From an uncultured Spirochaetota bacterium (GTDB taxonomy: Bacteria; Spirochaetota; UBA4802; UBA5550), in contig CAWHAA010000007.1 in NCBI GenBank assembly GCA_963827275.1, forward strand, positions 1 through 64,000: a DNA stretch of 64,000 nt, written 5' to 3'. A program made the translations under genes and the position numbers. Positions within the stretch are counted from its first letter, which is position 1. Every line of letters begins with the position of its first letter. The notes beneath the pieces are model-generated. The model did no database searches. It was not told the DNA's origin and saw only the letters and a list, made by a program, of their open reading frames with translations. Positions 1-9,897 of the stretch are shown here, piece after piece.

Positions 1-468
1 GTCAACTCGCGCCCCATGGACATAAACTTCAAGCAGGGGATGAAGTGCGTGGGCAATTCCCTGCCCGCGCTCGTGCCGGGCGGGGCGGTCATGGCGTTCA
101 TGCGGGCGGAGCGGGGGATCGACGATATCAAGACTTCCCGCGTGCCGGTCCCTCTCCCCATCCTGAAGGCGGTCCTCCGTGCCATCGGGCCGGGCAGGGT
201 GCGGGGGCTCATCGAGCGTACGCGCAGGGGGATCAACGTGGAGGAGAAGTTCCTGGTTTACTACTCGCTCCAGCTGGTGCGGCAGTATAGCCTCTATTTT
301 TACGTGCCGACGCTCTCCGACGAGGAGATGAAGCGGGTCGGGTTTTTCGTACGGTGCATGGACCCGGCTGAAGTGATCCGCAGGGGCGTGAAGAAGATCG
401 GGAAGCACGCGACAGTCGCGGTGTTCCCGGAGGCGGGCGAGACCTTCCCGATCGTGGGGGCGGGGTGA
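1..468 (+). CDS. Nickel-dependent lactate racemase (LarA) family protein, 3' part (starts before the window)
   Basis: The frame is open from base 1 (VNSRPMDINFKQGMK...PGGAV). It resembles the LarA-family P-x-D-x-N-x-x-Q segment, and the C-terminus VAVFPEAGETFP also fits the family. Confidence 0.6.
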   Translation, partial: VNSRPMDINFKQGMKCVGNSLPALVPGGAVMAFMRAERGIDDIKTSRVPVPLPILKAVLRAIGPGRVRGLIERTRRGINVEEKFLVYYSLQLVRQYSLYFYVPTLSDEEMKRVGFFVRCMDPAEVIRRGVKKIGKHATVAVFPEAGETFPIVGAG

Positions 469-471
469 GCT

Positions 472-879
472 GTGGCGAAGCTTGTATGGAGCGAGAGCCT
501 CAGGACCGGAATCGAAGAGATCGACCGCCAGCACCGGGGCCAGATCAGGAGGATCGACAGTCTTGACCTTGCCCTGTACGGCGGCAGGTCCGTAAGATAG
601 CTCGTTACGATGATGGAATACCTGGCGGGCTACGTGGCGGAACACTTCCGCGACGAGGAAGACCTCATGATGCGGATCGATTATCCCGTACTTGCAGATC
701 ACATAAAAGAGCACCGGAAATTCGAGATGAAATTCAGCAAGATGAAGCGGGAACTCCATTAGAAGGGGGCCACGAGCGCGCTCGCCCGCGATCTCGACCG
801 CGAGGTCGTGCGGTGGTTTGAACATCACCTGCTCGATGTTGACGCGGGGTATGTGGAATTCATGAAGAAAAAATCGTGA
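472..879 (+). pseudogene. Bacteriohemerythrin interrupted by two in-frame TAG codons (598-600, 760-762)
   Basis: Manual translation from GTG472: MAKLVWSESLRTGIEEIDRQH...SVR*LVT...HFRDEE...HIKEH...ELH*KGA...WFEHHLLDVD...KKKS*. All hemerythrin iron-ligand motifs are present. Not in the ORF track. Confidence 0.85.
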
Positions 880-887
880 TTATGTAT

Positions 888-924
888 GAACCTGCCGCCT
901 CTTGAGCATATACCCATGGGGCAT
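888..924 (+). repeat. 37-bp direct repeat, left copy
   Basis: GAACCTGCCGCCTCTTGAGCATATACCCATGGGGCAT; 33/37 identical to 5320-5356. Confidence 0.9.
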
Positions 925-1013
925 AAAGCATGTTAGTTGGAATAAAGCTATGAATCAATTATCCATAATGCTTGAATGACATATATAAAACCGCTATCCA
1001 GCCAGTTAAATGA

Positions 1014-1033
1014 TATCGGTAAAATTACCGATA
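1014..1033. promoter_or_regulatory. Palindrome, candidate operator
   Basis: TATCGGTAA-AA-TTACCGATA, perfect 9-bp arms, upstream of the islet's first gene. Confidence 0.35.
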
Positions 1034-1294
1034 CTGCACTATCCTGTTTTACTTATTTACAAATATTAAAATACCATCTATAATTATGTAACTTTTTCCC
1101 TGAATGATGCAAATGCCAGTAAAGTAATGTACTGTTGCTATCCACCTATGTCATTAAGAGAATAGAAGCAAGAGTCCGGATGAAACCGGTTTTAGATTGC
1201 CGGAATTATTCATTTGTTTTTGAGATTCCATTGTTTTCCAATCAGGAAAAACAATATTGGAATAATTATTTTATCAATTATCTGTGGAGGGCAT

Positions 1295-2128
1295 ATGAAA
1301 AAACATTTCTTTCTTTTCTTTATTCTTGTGTCAATTTTTAGCACATCTTGCTATGATATCCAGGATGCGGCAATAGCACTTTCATTGCTAAATGCGAATG
1401 GCGACAAATCTACAGTTGTGGCAAGTGTTATTGAAAATGTTACCAAGCAATTATTTTTAGAAGGAAAAGCTGAATCAATTCAACTCGGTGATAACAAATT
1501 CATAAAGGCAAAATCTCCATTAACGTATCGAGATATTCAGGTAATTCTTGAGGAATCCTTAAAAAAGGCGTTGGGTAATAAATGGGAAAATGCTCTTAAT
1601 GATTATCTTGCTCAAAACGGGATTCCTTCTATTGAATTAAACGATATGCCGAAAGATTTAGTGGCGGAGCTGGAAAATGTTAGTAACACATATAGTGCTG
1701 ATGTGGTAACAAATACTGGAGTATGGTCACATTTTTTTAGTTCGGTTCCACCTTCTGGACAATGGGCAACAGCAAAATCATCACCTGCGACCATAATAGT
1801 ACCAATACCGGGCGGTCCGTTTTATGGTTACTGGCTATGGGGCGGTACAAGGCAGGTTTTTAACTTCCAATTGCCGCAAGACAGTCCAGCTGTTGATTTA
1901 GTCACAGTAGAGATAATTGATGGGAATGGAAATCCGTATGTATGGACTGATGGGGACATTCTCTCAACTACCGGTCCCACGGTAGCGAGTATCGCAAATG
2001 CAAAAATTTTCAATCTGTACTCGCCTTTTTCTTTTGCATTATTTTCGTATCCAACCATATATGTCACGAGTTGGTCTATTATTGTCTATGAAACCCCTAC
2101 GCCAGAAGTTTGGGTACAATCTTTTTAA
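1295..2128 (+). CDS. Hypothetical lipoprotein
   Basis: GGAGG RBS then ATG1295: MKKHFFLFFILVSIFSTSC (lipobox-like Cys). No family recognised. Confidence 0.7.
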   Translation: MKKHFFLFFILVSIFSTSCYDIQDAAIALSLLNANGDKSTVVASVIENVTKQLFLEGKAESIQLGDNKFIKAKSPLTYRDIQVILEESLKKALGNKWENALNDYLAQNGIPSIELNDMPKDLVAELENVSNTYSADVVTNTGVWSHFFSSVPPSGQWATAKSSPATIIVPIPGGPFYGYWLWGGTRQVFNFQLPQDSPAVDLVTVEIIDGNGNPYVWTDGDILSTTGPTVASIANAKIFNLYSPFSFALFSYPTIYVTSWSIIVYETPTPEVWVQSF

Positions 2129-2182
2129 TACGGGAAGAGAATTGAATTTTTACTAAATTCTAATTAAGTTGCAATTATATAT

Positions 2183-2252
2183 GAAGCTGATCCTTATTAT
2201 CATGATTTTATATTATCACAACTTGATTGTGGGATCGGCTTCTTCTTTTTTT
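2183..2252 (+). terminator. Possible intrinsic terminator or structured element
   Basis: GAAGCTGATCC(2183-2193) pairs with GGATCGGCTTC(2232-2242), followed by a T-rich tract. The loop is unusually long. Confidence 0.35.
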
Positions 2253-2351
2253 ATATTATTGTAAACATGGCCCGAACGATGCATGTGAGGTTTTATATTG
2301 TTATTCAGGGTAACGAGAAAGATGTTTCATTATAATCGGATAATCCCAATC

Positions 2352-4358
2352 ATGAAGTTGTTGTTTCTGGTATTATTAGTTATCACTATACAATCGTGCA
2401 ATTATTCTGAATTCTCCAGTAAAACAAAAGAATATGACTTGCTCTCTGTCTTTAATATTCTTGCTCCTGCTGGCAGAAACCCTGAGATAGTCGCACCGGA
2501 TGTGGCAAATACCGGTCCGGCGTGTGGCTGCGGAATCAAAAAAACAACAAATCCCTTTTTATCTTTTGGCGCAAGCATGAGTGTATATGGCAACGGTGGC
2601 GATTATAATGGTAATGATAAATCCATGACAAGTATAAAAAACAATTTAAACCATAACGAAGCAATCGCCGCATATCGGGAGGGAGAGGTCTTGGTAAAAT
2701 TCAAGACAAATGCTCGTGAAAGGATAGCAATTACCGCAATTCGATTCAGAAGTGGCAAAGTGCTGCAAAGTGAGTTGATCGGTGCATCATCATCACTACG
2801 AAAATTAACCATATCCCCGGATCTGAGTGTGAAGGAAGCGGTATCGGAGTTTTCAAAGGACCCGGATATTGAATATGCGCAACCTAATTATCTGTATCAT
2901 AACACCGCAATTCCAAATGATTATGAATTCAACAATCAATGGGGCCTTCGCAATTCGGGCCAGACCGTCAATGCCATATCCGGCACTTTCGGCTTTGATA
3001 TCAATGCGTCTGCAGCGTGGGATGTAAGGACCGATTGCTCGAATATTATAATCGCAGTAATCGATACAGGGATTAATTATCTTCATGGCGATTTAAGTGA
3101 CAACATGTGGGACGGCATATCGTGCGTGAATGAATCCGGAAGCTATCTTGGTGGCTGTATGCACGGGTATGATTTTATCGACCACGACAAAGACCCGAGG
3201 GACATGAACGGTCACGGGACACATGTCGCTGGGATCATTGGAGCGAGCGGCAATGATGGTAACAGAACCAGCGGCGTATGCTGGAAATCAAACATCATGG
3301 CTCTGCGCGCATTGGATATGAACGGGAATGGCGCCACCTCGGACCTTGTCGGGGCAATTGAGTTTGCAATACAAAACGGTGCAAGGATTATAAACGCGAG
3401 TTGGGGAGGAAGTGAATATGATCCGGCGCTTTATAATGCCATCCAGTACGCAAGGGACCATGGTGTTCTTTTTGTGGCCGCTTCGGGTAATCAGGGGATG
3501 AATAACGATGAGGTGGCCCATCCTAATTACCCTTCCAGCTTTGATCTGGATAATATTATTTCAGTCGCTTCAATTAATCAGAATGGTTATTTAGATTCAT
3601 TCTCAAGTTATGGACCAACATCCGTAGATATCGCGGCACCGGGATCGAACGTATTGAGTTTATTTCCTGCAGAGAAAATTGACGCTATCGAATATTTTTC
3701 ATCATGGAAGCGCGAAGCGGGATGGGGCTTTAATGTGGTTAATGTAGCACTATCCAGCTATGGTTATACCGGCGCCGCTGGAGAGTTGCTGAATCCCGTT
3801 GCGGACGGTGATTTGTATTCAAATGATATGGATAGTTGCACCTACAGGGCCTTTGACTTTGTCAAGTATGGACCTGATATGGTAACGCTATTTTTTGCTT
3901 ATAATTTCTATCAGTTGGAAAATGGCAGTGATAATGTATTCCTCGTATATGATACAGAAGGGAATAGGCCAGTGACCGATTTGGGTGTACTTGATGCAAA
4001 TACTCAGACGTATTCATATGATTTAACCTCTATTGCCACAGATCATACAACCATCGGATTCAGATTTGTGACCAACCACACTGTTCCCGGTTATGGAATT
4101 AATATCTCGCCCTTTGTGATATCCCGATGGTATTATTATTCAAACGCAACTGCATGCGAGTATTTTAGCGGAACCTCAATGGCAACTCCCCATGTCACCG
4201 GCGTCGCCGGTCTGGTGCTTGCCGCTGATCCGGTACTCACCTATTTGCAGGCAAAGAATAAATTACTCAACGGCGGTATATATAACAGCTATCTTGATGG
4301 AAAAATTTCAGGCGGCAGGATGCTTGATGCCCTCGGGGCCCTTGGCGCCACACCATAA
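2352..4358 (+). CDS. S8 (subtilisin-family) serine peptidase, lipoprotein
   Basis: Catalytic motifs IAVIDTG, HGTHVAG and SGTSMATPHV; prodomain ending EYAQPNY; lipobox MKLLFLVLLVITIQSC. The ORF track starts it at 2298. Confidence 0.92.
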   Translation: MKLLFLVLLVITIQSCNYSEFSSKTKEYDLLSVFNILAPAGRNPEIVAPDVANTGPACGCGIKKTTNPFLSFGASMSVYGNGGDYNGNDKSMTSIKNNLNHNEAIAAYREGEVLVKFKTNARERIAITAIRFRSGKVLQSELIGASSSLRKLTISPDLSVKEAVSEFSKDPDIEYAQPNYLYHNTAIPNDYEFNNQWGLRNSGQTVNAISGTFGFDINASAAWDVRTDCSNIIIAVIDTGINYLHGDLSDNMWDGISCVNESGSYLGGCMHGYDFIDHDKDPRDMNGHGTHVAGIIGASGNDGNRTSGVCWKSNIMALRALDMNGNGATSDLVGAIEFAIQNGARIINASWGGSEYDPALYNAIQYARDHGVLFVAASGNQGMNNDEVAHPNYPSSFDLDNIISVASINQNGYLDSFSSYGPTSVDIAAPGSNVLSLFPAEKIDAIEYFSSWKREAGWGFNVVNVALSSYGYTGAAGELLNPVADGDLYSNDMDSCTYRAFDFVKYGPDMVTLFFAYNFYQLENGSDNVFLVYDTEGNRPVTDLGVLDANTQTYSYDLTSIATDHTTIGFRFVTNHTVPGYGINISPFVISRWYYYSNATACEYFSGTSMATPHVTGVAGLVLAADPVLTYLQAKNKLLNGGIYNSYLDGKISGGRMLDALGALGATP

Positions 4359-4389
4359 TGGTGATGGACTCGTTATTTGAGCTATATAC

Positions 4390-5298
4390 ATGATATATGA
4401 ACGTATGGCTATGAAATTAAATTTCGGCTTTATAACATTATTTATCATTCTGCTTTTGTTCCCTCTTCATGCTGAAGCTGCCGGAATTGGCTTTGGTTTC
4501 AACACGTGGTATGCGGGCTGGTTGCCGGGAACCAGAATAACCTACCCGTTTCTTCCGCCAGAAACAGAGTATGCGTATATTCCTTTTGAAAATAAAAACA
4601 GGATTAATATCTGTTCGAATGTCATGTTCGGCCCATCAATGCATGTCATTATGCCCTATGGCTTGAGTATTCACTTGAAAATGTTATTCGGGCAGTTTTC
4701 CGCAAAAAAAAAGAATGATTATTTTCTGAATTTCATAATTTTTGATAATGTGGGAATGATCAAAAGATTCGATACCGATTCTATGCTATGTTATTCATTA
4801 AATGATTTGATGAATATTTTCATAGGGTTCAAGTACAATCACTATCAATTTGTGACGTTAAGTTATTCCAGGAGCATAAGTGGTTTCTATGCTGCAGCAA
4901 AAAAGGAAATAAAAAACAAGACGGATGAATATCTGCCGCTTCTTGGTATTGGAGCGTCAATCCCGATCATTACAGACAAATTGGCGCTTAACATTGATGC
5001 GGCTTTTCTGTTCTGTATTTCTATCACAAAAACCAGACAATATTTTTTCAGCGGGACTGAGATGACCAGTGTTATAACGTATTTTCCCCCCTTAACGGAA
5101 AAATGTGGTGTTAAGAAAATGGGCCTTGATGCGCATTGTGATCTTACATATCGCATCCCGGTTGTTTTAATCGATCTGTCCTTGGGTTTTCGATATCAGA
5201 TGCTTAAGATTCTTTCTGTCCAAAAAGATAACTCGCTCTTATATGAACACAGATATGGTGTTTTTGCTTCTGCAAACTACACATTCAACTTTAAATGA
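4390..5298 (+). CDS. Hypothetical exported protein, probable outer-membrane beta-barrel
   Basis: Signal peptide ending AEA, alternating hydrophobic strands, C-terminal YGVFASANYTFNFK resembling a beta-signal. Confidence 0.6.
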   Translation: MIYERMAMKLNFGFITLFIILLLFPLHAEAAGIGFGFNTWYAGWLPGTRITYPFLPPETEYAYIPFENKNRINICSNVMFGPSMHVIMPYGLSIHLKMLFGQFSAKKKNDYFLNFIIFDNVGMIKRFDTDSMLCYSLNDLMNIFIGFKYNHYQFVTLSYSRSISGFYAAAKKEIKNKTDEYLPLLGIGASIPIITDKLALNIDAAFLFCISITKTRQYFFSGTEMTSVITYFPPLTEKCGVKKMGLDAHCDLTYRIPVVLIDLSLGFRYQMLKILSVQKDNSLLYEHRYGVFASANYTFNFK

Positions 5299-5319
5299 TA
5301 AAAGAAATACTTTCTTAGG

Positions 5320-5356
5320 GAACCTGCCGCCTATTGAGTATGTCCCCATGGGGCAT
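5320..5356 (+). repeat. 37-bp direct repeat, right copy
   Basis: GAACCTGCCGCCTATTGAGTATGTCCCCATGGGGCAT; contains the palindrome CCCCATGGGG. Confidence 0.9.
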
Positions 5357-5420
5357 GTTGAGTCAACCGACTCCTCTAGCATCGGCAAAAAAAGCGCTGG
5401 ACGGGGATAGTGGGGGCGGT

Positions 5421-5945
5421 TTAATCCCGCTTCCTCAGGTTCTTCCTGTAATCCCTGAAATTCCTCACATAATGCTCTGCCGCGTGCGTTATCTGCCTGA
5501 TATGCTCCTCTGAGAGCGTCCCCGCCACCTTCGCCGGCATTCCCAGCACGATCGATCCGTCGGGGATGACGGCGTTTTCAAGCACGAGCGCGCCCGCGCC
5601 GATGAAGCAGCGGGAACCGATCCGCGCGCCGTTCAGCACGACGGCCCCGATGCCGACGAGGCAATCATCGCCGATGGTGCAGCCGTGGAGCATGGCCTTG
5701 TGCGCCACGGTGACGTTCCTGCCGATCGAGAGGGGGTGGCCCGCCTCGGAGTGGAGCACCGCCCCGTCCTGTATGTTGGAGTTTTCACCGATACGGATCG
5801 TGCTTTCATCGGCCCGCACCACCGCGCCCCACCAGATGCTCGCGTTGTTCCCGATCCGCACGTCGCCGATGACGTCGGCGGAGCCGGCGACGAACCAGTC
5901 GCCGCCCTCGAAAATGATCTTCCTGTCGCCAAGGTCGTATAGCAT
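5421..5945 (-). CDS. Gamma carbonic anhydrase family protein
   Basis: Hexapeptide repeats; motifs VRAD, NIQDGAVLH and VAHKAMLHGCTIG. Confidence 0.92.
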   Translation of the reverse strand: MLYDLGDRKIIFEGGDWFVAGSADVIGDVRIGNNASIWWGAVVRADESTIRIGENSNIQDGAVLHSEAGHPLSIGRNVTVAHKAMLHGCTIGDDCLVGIGAVVLNGARIGSRCFIGAGALVLENAVIPDGSIVLGMPAKVAGTLSEEHIRQITHAAEHYVRNFRDYRKNLRKRD

Positions 5946-5948
5946 GGA

Positions 5949-7419
5949 TCACTCTCCTGCGGTGCTTGCCGTCTTCACTCCCTTGATCTCCTCCAGCGCG
6001 TCGAGCACCGTGTCGTAGTCGTTCGACGCGTTCCAGAAGAGGTAGCCGTTCGCGCCGGATTCGTTGGTGGCCTTGATCTGGGTGAGGATATACTTGCCGG
6101 TTGTAGTTCGATACCCGCCACCGGAACGCCTGGAGCCAGGGACGGACGATGGCGTGCTTTCCTGAAAGGGCGATCACCTTTTTGCATCCGCTGTAGATGA
6201 AATAGTACGGATTGTCGCCCGGTTTCGCGTACCCGTCGAAATCGTCGTTGAAGTGCGACGGGTAGAGCATGGGGGAGATGATGTCGCAGTGCCGCGCCAG
6301 CAGCTCGATCCGCTGGCCCGTGCTGGCGATATCGACCGCCTTGCCCCAGGCGACCACGCCGAAGATGTCGATGGAGAAGCGCGCGTTGCGGGCCGCGATC
6401 TTCTCGTGCGCCCGTTTCAGAAAATGGGTGATGGCCCGGTCGTTCGACATGCGGCCGAAGCTGTAGGCGTAATCGGCGTCCTCCAGGTTGCCCGTGGTGG
6501 GGAAGCGGATGTAGTCGAACTGGATCTCGTCCGCGCCCATCTCCGCGAGCTCGACCGCCAGGTTGATGTTGTAGTCCTGCACCTTCCTGTTCGTGGGGTC
6601 GCACCACTTTTCCTTCGCGTCCGCGTTCCACACGCCGCCGCGCCGGGAGCGGATGGCCAGCTTCGGGTCCCGCTTCCTGAGAAGGTGGTCGTGGAACACG
6701 GCGATGCGTGCCACGGTGTAAAAGCCGTTTTCCTTCAGCGTCCGGATGAATTTCGGCATGTTGTCTATGGCGCGCTTGGCGTCGGTCCCGTATTCCCTCG
6801 CTTCCGGGACGCGGCTGTAATGGGTCAGGTCGCCGTTTATGTCCTTGATGTCGAAGACGATGGTATTGATGCCCAGCCCGCGGTAGCGCTCCAGGTTCTT
6901 CAGGATCGTGTTGTTCCCGACCGAGGTCGCGGTGAAGTAGAGGCCGCGCGCGGTGATGAGGCCCGGCATGGCGTAATTTTTCGGGTCGGGCTGGAGGGCC
7001 GGCGCCGGCCCGGGGATGAAGAGGGCGGCTCCCGCCGGTATGTCGCTCCCGCTGAAGCCGTTGTATTCCCGTATCGCCGCCGCGAGCCGTGACGCGCGCA
7101 GGTAGTCGGTGAAGGGGACGATCGCCCCCGCCACGTCGCCCAGGTCGGCGTCGGCGCCGGCCCGGTACATGAGGATGCCGCCCGCGTACAGGAAGCCCCG
7201 CGGGAGGCCGGCATAGGTCCTGAGGTGCCGCCGGTACTTCCCGTGGTCGATCACGGTGAAGGTGTCGCCCTGCGGGAAGAGCGTCTCCGCCGCTTCTATG
7301 TAGAGGCCCATGGCGCAGTCACGCAGGTAGAGGAGCGTTTTGTAATGGACGATCCCGCCCACCAGCAGGGTGGCTGCGGTCAAAAGTATGACGATGGCTC
7401 GGTTGCGGGAGATGTTCAT
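5949..7419 (-). CDS. Putative glycoside hydrolase (DUF4015-like), frameshifted near 6098
   Basis: Motifs ARIAVFHD, DEIQFDYIRFP, SPMLYPSH and RPWLQAF. The C-terminus YILTQIKATNESGANGYLFWNASNDY...AGE* continues in another frame to the stop at 5949-5951. Confidence 0.8.
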
Positions 7420-7556
7420 AGCTGGTTCCGGTTCGTGTTACAAGACATAATAGGGGGACGTGATTATCAATCTTTTTTTCTTGTAAAATGTAATTGATTT
7501 AAATATCGTCCCCGCGAATACTATCTCTACTACTATCGGACAATTCAGCGGGGTGC

Positions 7557-8390
7557 TTGATGGCGTCTGACGGGGGAAATATCGGGAGGCGCGGCGAGCT
7601 GCTGACCACGGCTGTCGGCGCGTCGCTCCTCCGCTACCTGAAGGGGGCGGGCGATTTCTGGGCGTACGTCACCAGCATCTTCCGGTCGTTCCAGTCCCTC
7701 AAGTTTATCCGGATGCGCTCCGTGAACGCGATAACGCTGGGCCAGATCGTGTATACCGGCATCCATGCCCTGCCGATTACCATCGTCATCGCCGGGCTGG
7801 TGGGGGGCGTGGTCATCATCCAGGGCATGACCAACCTGCCGAAGTTCGGCATCGCGGGTTACTTCGGCAATCTGCTGGTCATTATCATCGCCCGCGAGCT
7901 GGGCCCGCTGGTGACGGCCCTCATCGTTATCAGCCGCTCCGGCACCGCCATTTCGACCGAGATCGCGACCCAGAAATGGAGCAGGGAGATCCTGTCGCTC
8001 GAGATATCCGGGATCGACCCGCGCCTTTTTATCGTCATACCCCGCATTGCCGCCTCGATCGTCTCTATTTTCTCGCTGATTATATTTTTCGACATCGCGG
8101 CCTTCCTGGGGGGGTACCTCATTTCCCTCACCCTGGTCTACATCCCGGTGGAGACCTTTTTCCAGAACCTGGTCTTTTCCTTCACCCTGAAAGACCTTCT
8201 TTCAACGGTGATAAAGAGCCTGCTTTTCGGCCTGCTCATCCCCCTTATCAGCTGTTACTACGGCATGATGCCGCGGTCGAAGTTCGAGATCCCGATATAC
8301 GTGTCCCGCGCGGTGAGCCGCACCCTCTTTATCATCGTGGTGCTGAACGTGGTCGTTTCCGTGCTGTTCTATTTTACATGGCTGGAGTAG
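7557..8390 (+). CDS. mlaE: MlaE-family ABC transporter permease
   Basis: Motifs RELGPLVTALIVISRSGTAISTEI and GIDP...PR. Confidence 0.9.
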   Translation: MMASDGGNIGRRGELLTTAVGASLLRYLKGAGDFWAYVTSIFRSFQSLKFIRMRSVNAITLGQIVYTGIHALPITIVIAGLVGGVVIIQGMTNLPKFGIAGYFGNLLVIIIARELGPLVTALIVISRSGTAISTEIATQKWSREILSLEISGIDPRLFIVIPRIAASIVSIFSLIIFFDIAAFLGGYLISLTLVYIPVETFFQNLVFSFTLKDLLSTVIKSLLFGLLIPLISCYYGMMPRSKFEIPIYVSRAVSRTLFIIVVLNVVVSVLFYFTWLE

Positions 8391-8394
8391 CCGC

Positions 8395-9143
8395 ATGAGC
8401 ACGCTCATTGAATTCAGCAACGTGTCCTGCGCGGCGGACGAGCCGCTTGCGGGGGTCTCGTTCGCCATCGCCCTGGGGGAGAACGCGGTCTTCTTCGGCG
8501 TGGAGGGCTCGGGGCTGAAGACCCTGTCGCCGCTCATGATCGGCCTCGATGAGTCGTACGAGGGAGAGGTGCGGTACAAGGGCGCCCCGACGCGCGGCCT
8601 GGACTACCTCGCGAAGCTCAGGCATAAAAACGAGATCGGCTACCTCCACGGCGAGTACGGGCTCATATCGAACATGAGCGTGGAGCAGAACATAGCCCTC
8701 CGCCTCGAATATTTCTCCGAGTATTCGCCGGAGGAGATACGGGAGATGACCGGGCGCATGATGCGCGACCTGCACATCCTGACAAACGGGCCGCCCGGCC
8801 CATCGACCTCTCCGGCTCGCAGATCCTCAGGACCGCGTACGGCCGCGCCGCGGTGAACGACCCGGACCTCCTGATCATGGAGCACGCGCTGGTGGGGCAC
8901 TCGGCGCTCGACCTGCGCTCCTTCATGGATGTGCTGTCGGCCAGGACCGGGAGCCCGGAAAAATCGGTCATCTTTATGACCCATGACCCGCAAAAATTTG
9001 TTGATTTTGCCGATACCTTCCATATGCTGTATAAAGGAAGGATCGTTTTCTCGGGCACGCGGCGGGACTTTCTCGGGTCGGACAACCCGTACCTGGTCCA
9101 GTTCCGGACCGTTTCGCTGTCGGGGCCCATGGATATTCTTTAG
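8395..9143 (+). CDS. mlaF: MlaF-like ABC ATP-binding protein, frameshifted near 8781, degenerate Walker motifs
   Basis: ORFs 8395..8856 and 8853..9143 join as ...HIL(D)KRAARPIDLSGSQILRTAYGRAAVNDPDLLIMEH...THD. Located between mlaE and mlaD. Confidence 0.75.
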
Positions 9144-9151
9144 AAGGCGGC

Positions 9152-9880
9152 ATGATGATGCGCATAGACCTGCGATCTTTTTTCGGGAACATCAGACAGA
9201 GCCTGAACAGGACCGAGTACCGGGTGGGGCTCTTCATTATTATCCCGGCCTTCGTCATCATCCTCTTTATCCTCGTCAGGCTGGGCTACTCCCTGTTTAC
9301 CTCCACCATGGACGTGTACGTGCGGGTCAACAGCATCACCTCGCTGAAGAAGGGGACCCCGGTCCAGATCAAGGGCTACCAGCTCGGCCGCGTCGTGGAG
9401 ATAACGCCGCTCTTCAAGCCGGCGCTCCATTTCCTGGCGACCCTCCGCATCAGTAAAGAGATCGAGCTGTACGAGGACTGCGCCGCGGTGATCAGCAACC
9501 AGAACGTCATCGGCGACCCGGTGGTCGAGCTGCGCAACCCGGAGCGCAAGGGCGCGTTCCTGAGGGAAGGGGACGTCCTCGAGGGGATCGAGTCGGGGAG
9601 CCTGGAGGAGATGATGGGCAGGGTGAACACGCTGCTCACCGAGGTGACGGCCATCGTTACCCTCTACCGCGAGGTGTCCCAGGAGAGCAGGGGCGACATC
9701 CGCAAGCTCATCACCAGCCTGTCCGACAGCGTGGCGAACATCAACGGGATTCTCAGCAACTCGCAGCAGGACATCATAAACATGATCGGCAGCATGCGGA
9801 AGACCTCCCAGACGCTGGATGACGTGGCCACCGAGATCAAGAAAAACCCGATGAAGTTCCTGTTCCAGGGAAAGAAATAA
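9152..9880 (+). CDS. mlaD: MCE / MlaD-family protein
   Basis: N-terminal TM helix, MCE motif SLKKGTPVQIKGYQLGRV, helical C-terminal tail. Confidence 0.85.
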   Translation: MMMRIDLRSFFGNIRQSLNRTEYRVGLFIIIPAFVIILFILVRLGYSLFTSTMDVYVRVNSITSLKKGTPVQIKGYQLGRVVEITPLFKPALHFLATLRISKEIELYEDCAAVISNQNVIGDPVVELRNPERKGAFLREGDVLEGIESGSLEEMMGRVNTLLTEVTAIVTLYREVSQESRGDIRKLITSLSDSVANINGILSNSQQDIINMIGSMRKTSQTLDDVATEIKKNPMKFLFQGKK

Positions 9881-9897
9881 GCCGGGGCGCCGCGGGG

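Larger units (their letters stand above)
888..5356. mobile_element. AT-rich genomic islet bounded by 37-bp direct repeats (no mobility gene inside)
   Basis: Composition switches abruptly from GC-rich to AT-rich at both repeats; three co-oriented envelope genes lie inside. Confidence 0.6.

Noticed and set aside
888..900. GAACCTGCCGCCT as the reverse complement of a tRNA T-arm (tRNA att site)
   Set aside because: The GGTTC is not followed by GAAT/GAGT, and there is no acceptor stem or CCA in either copy.
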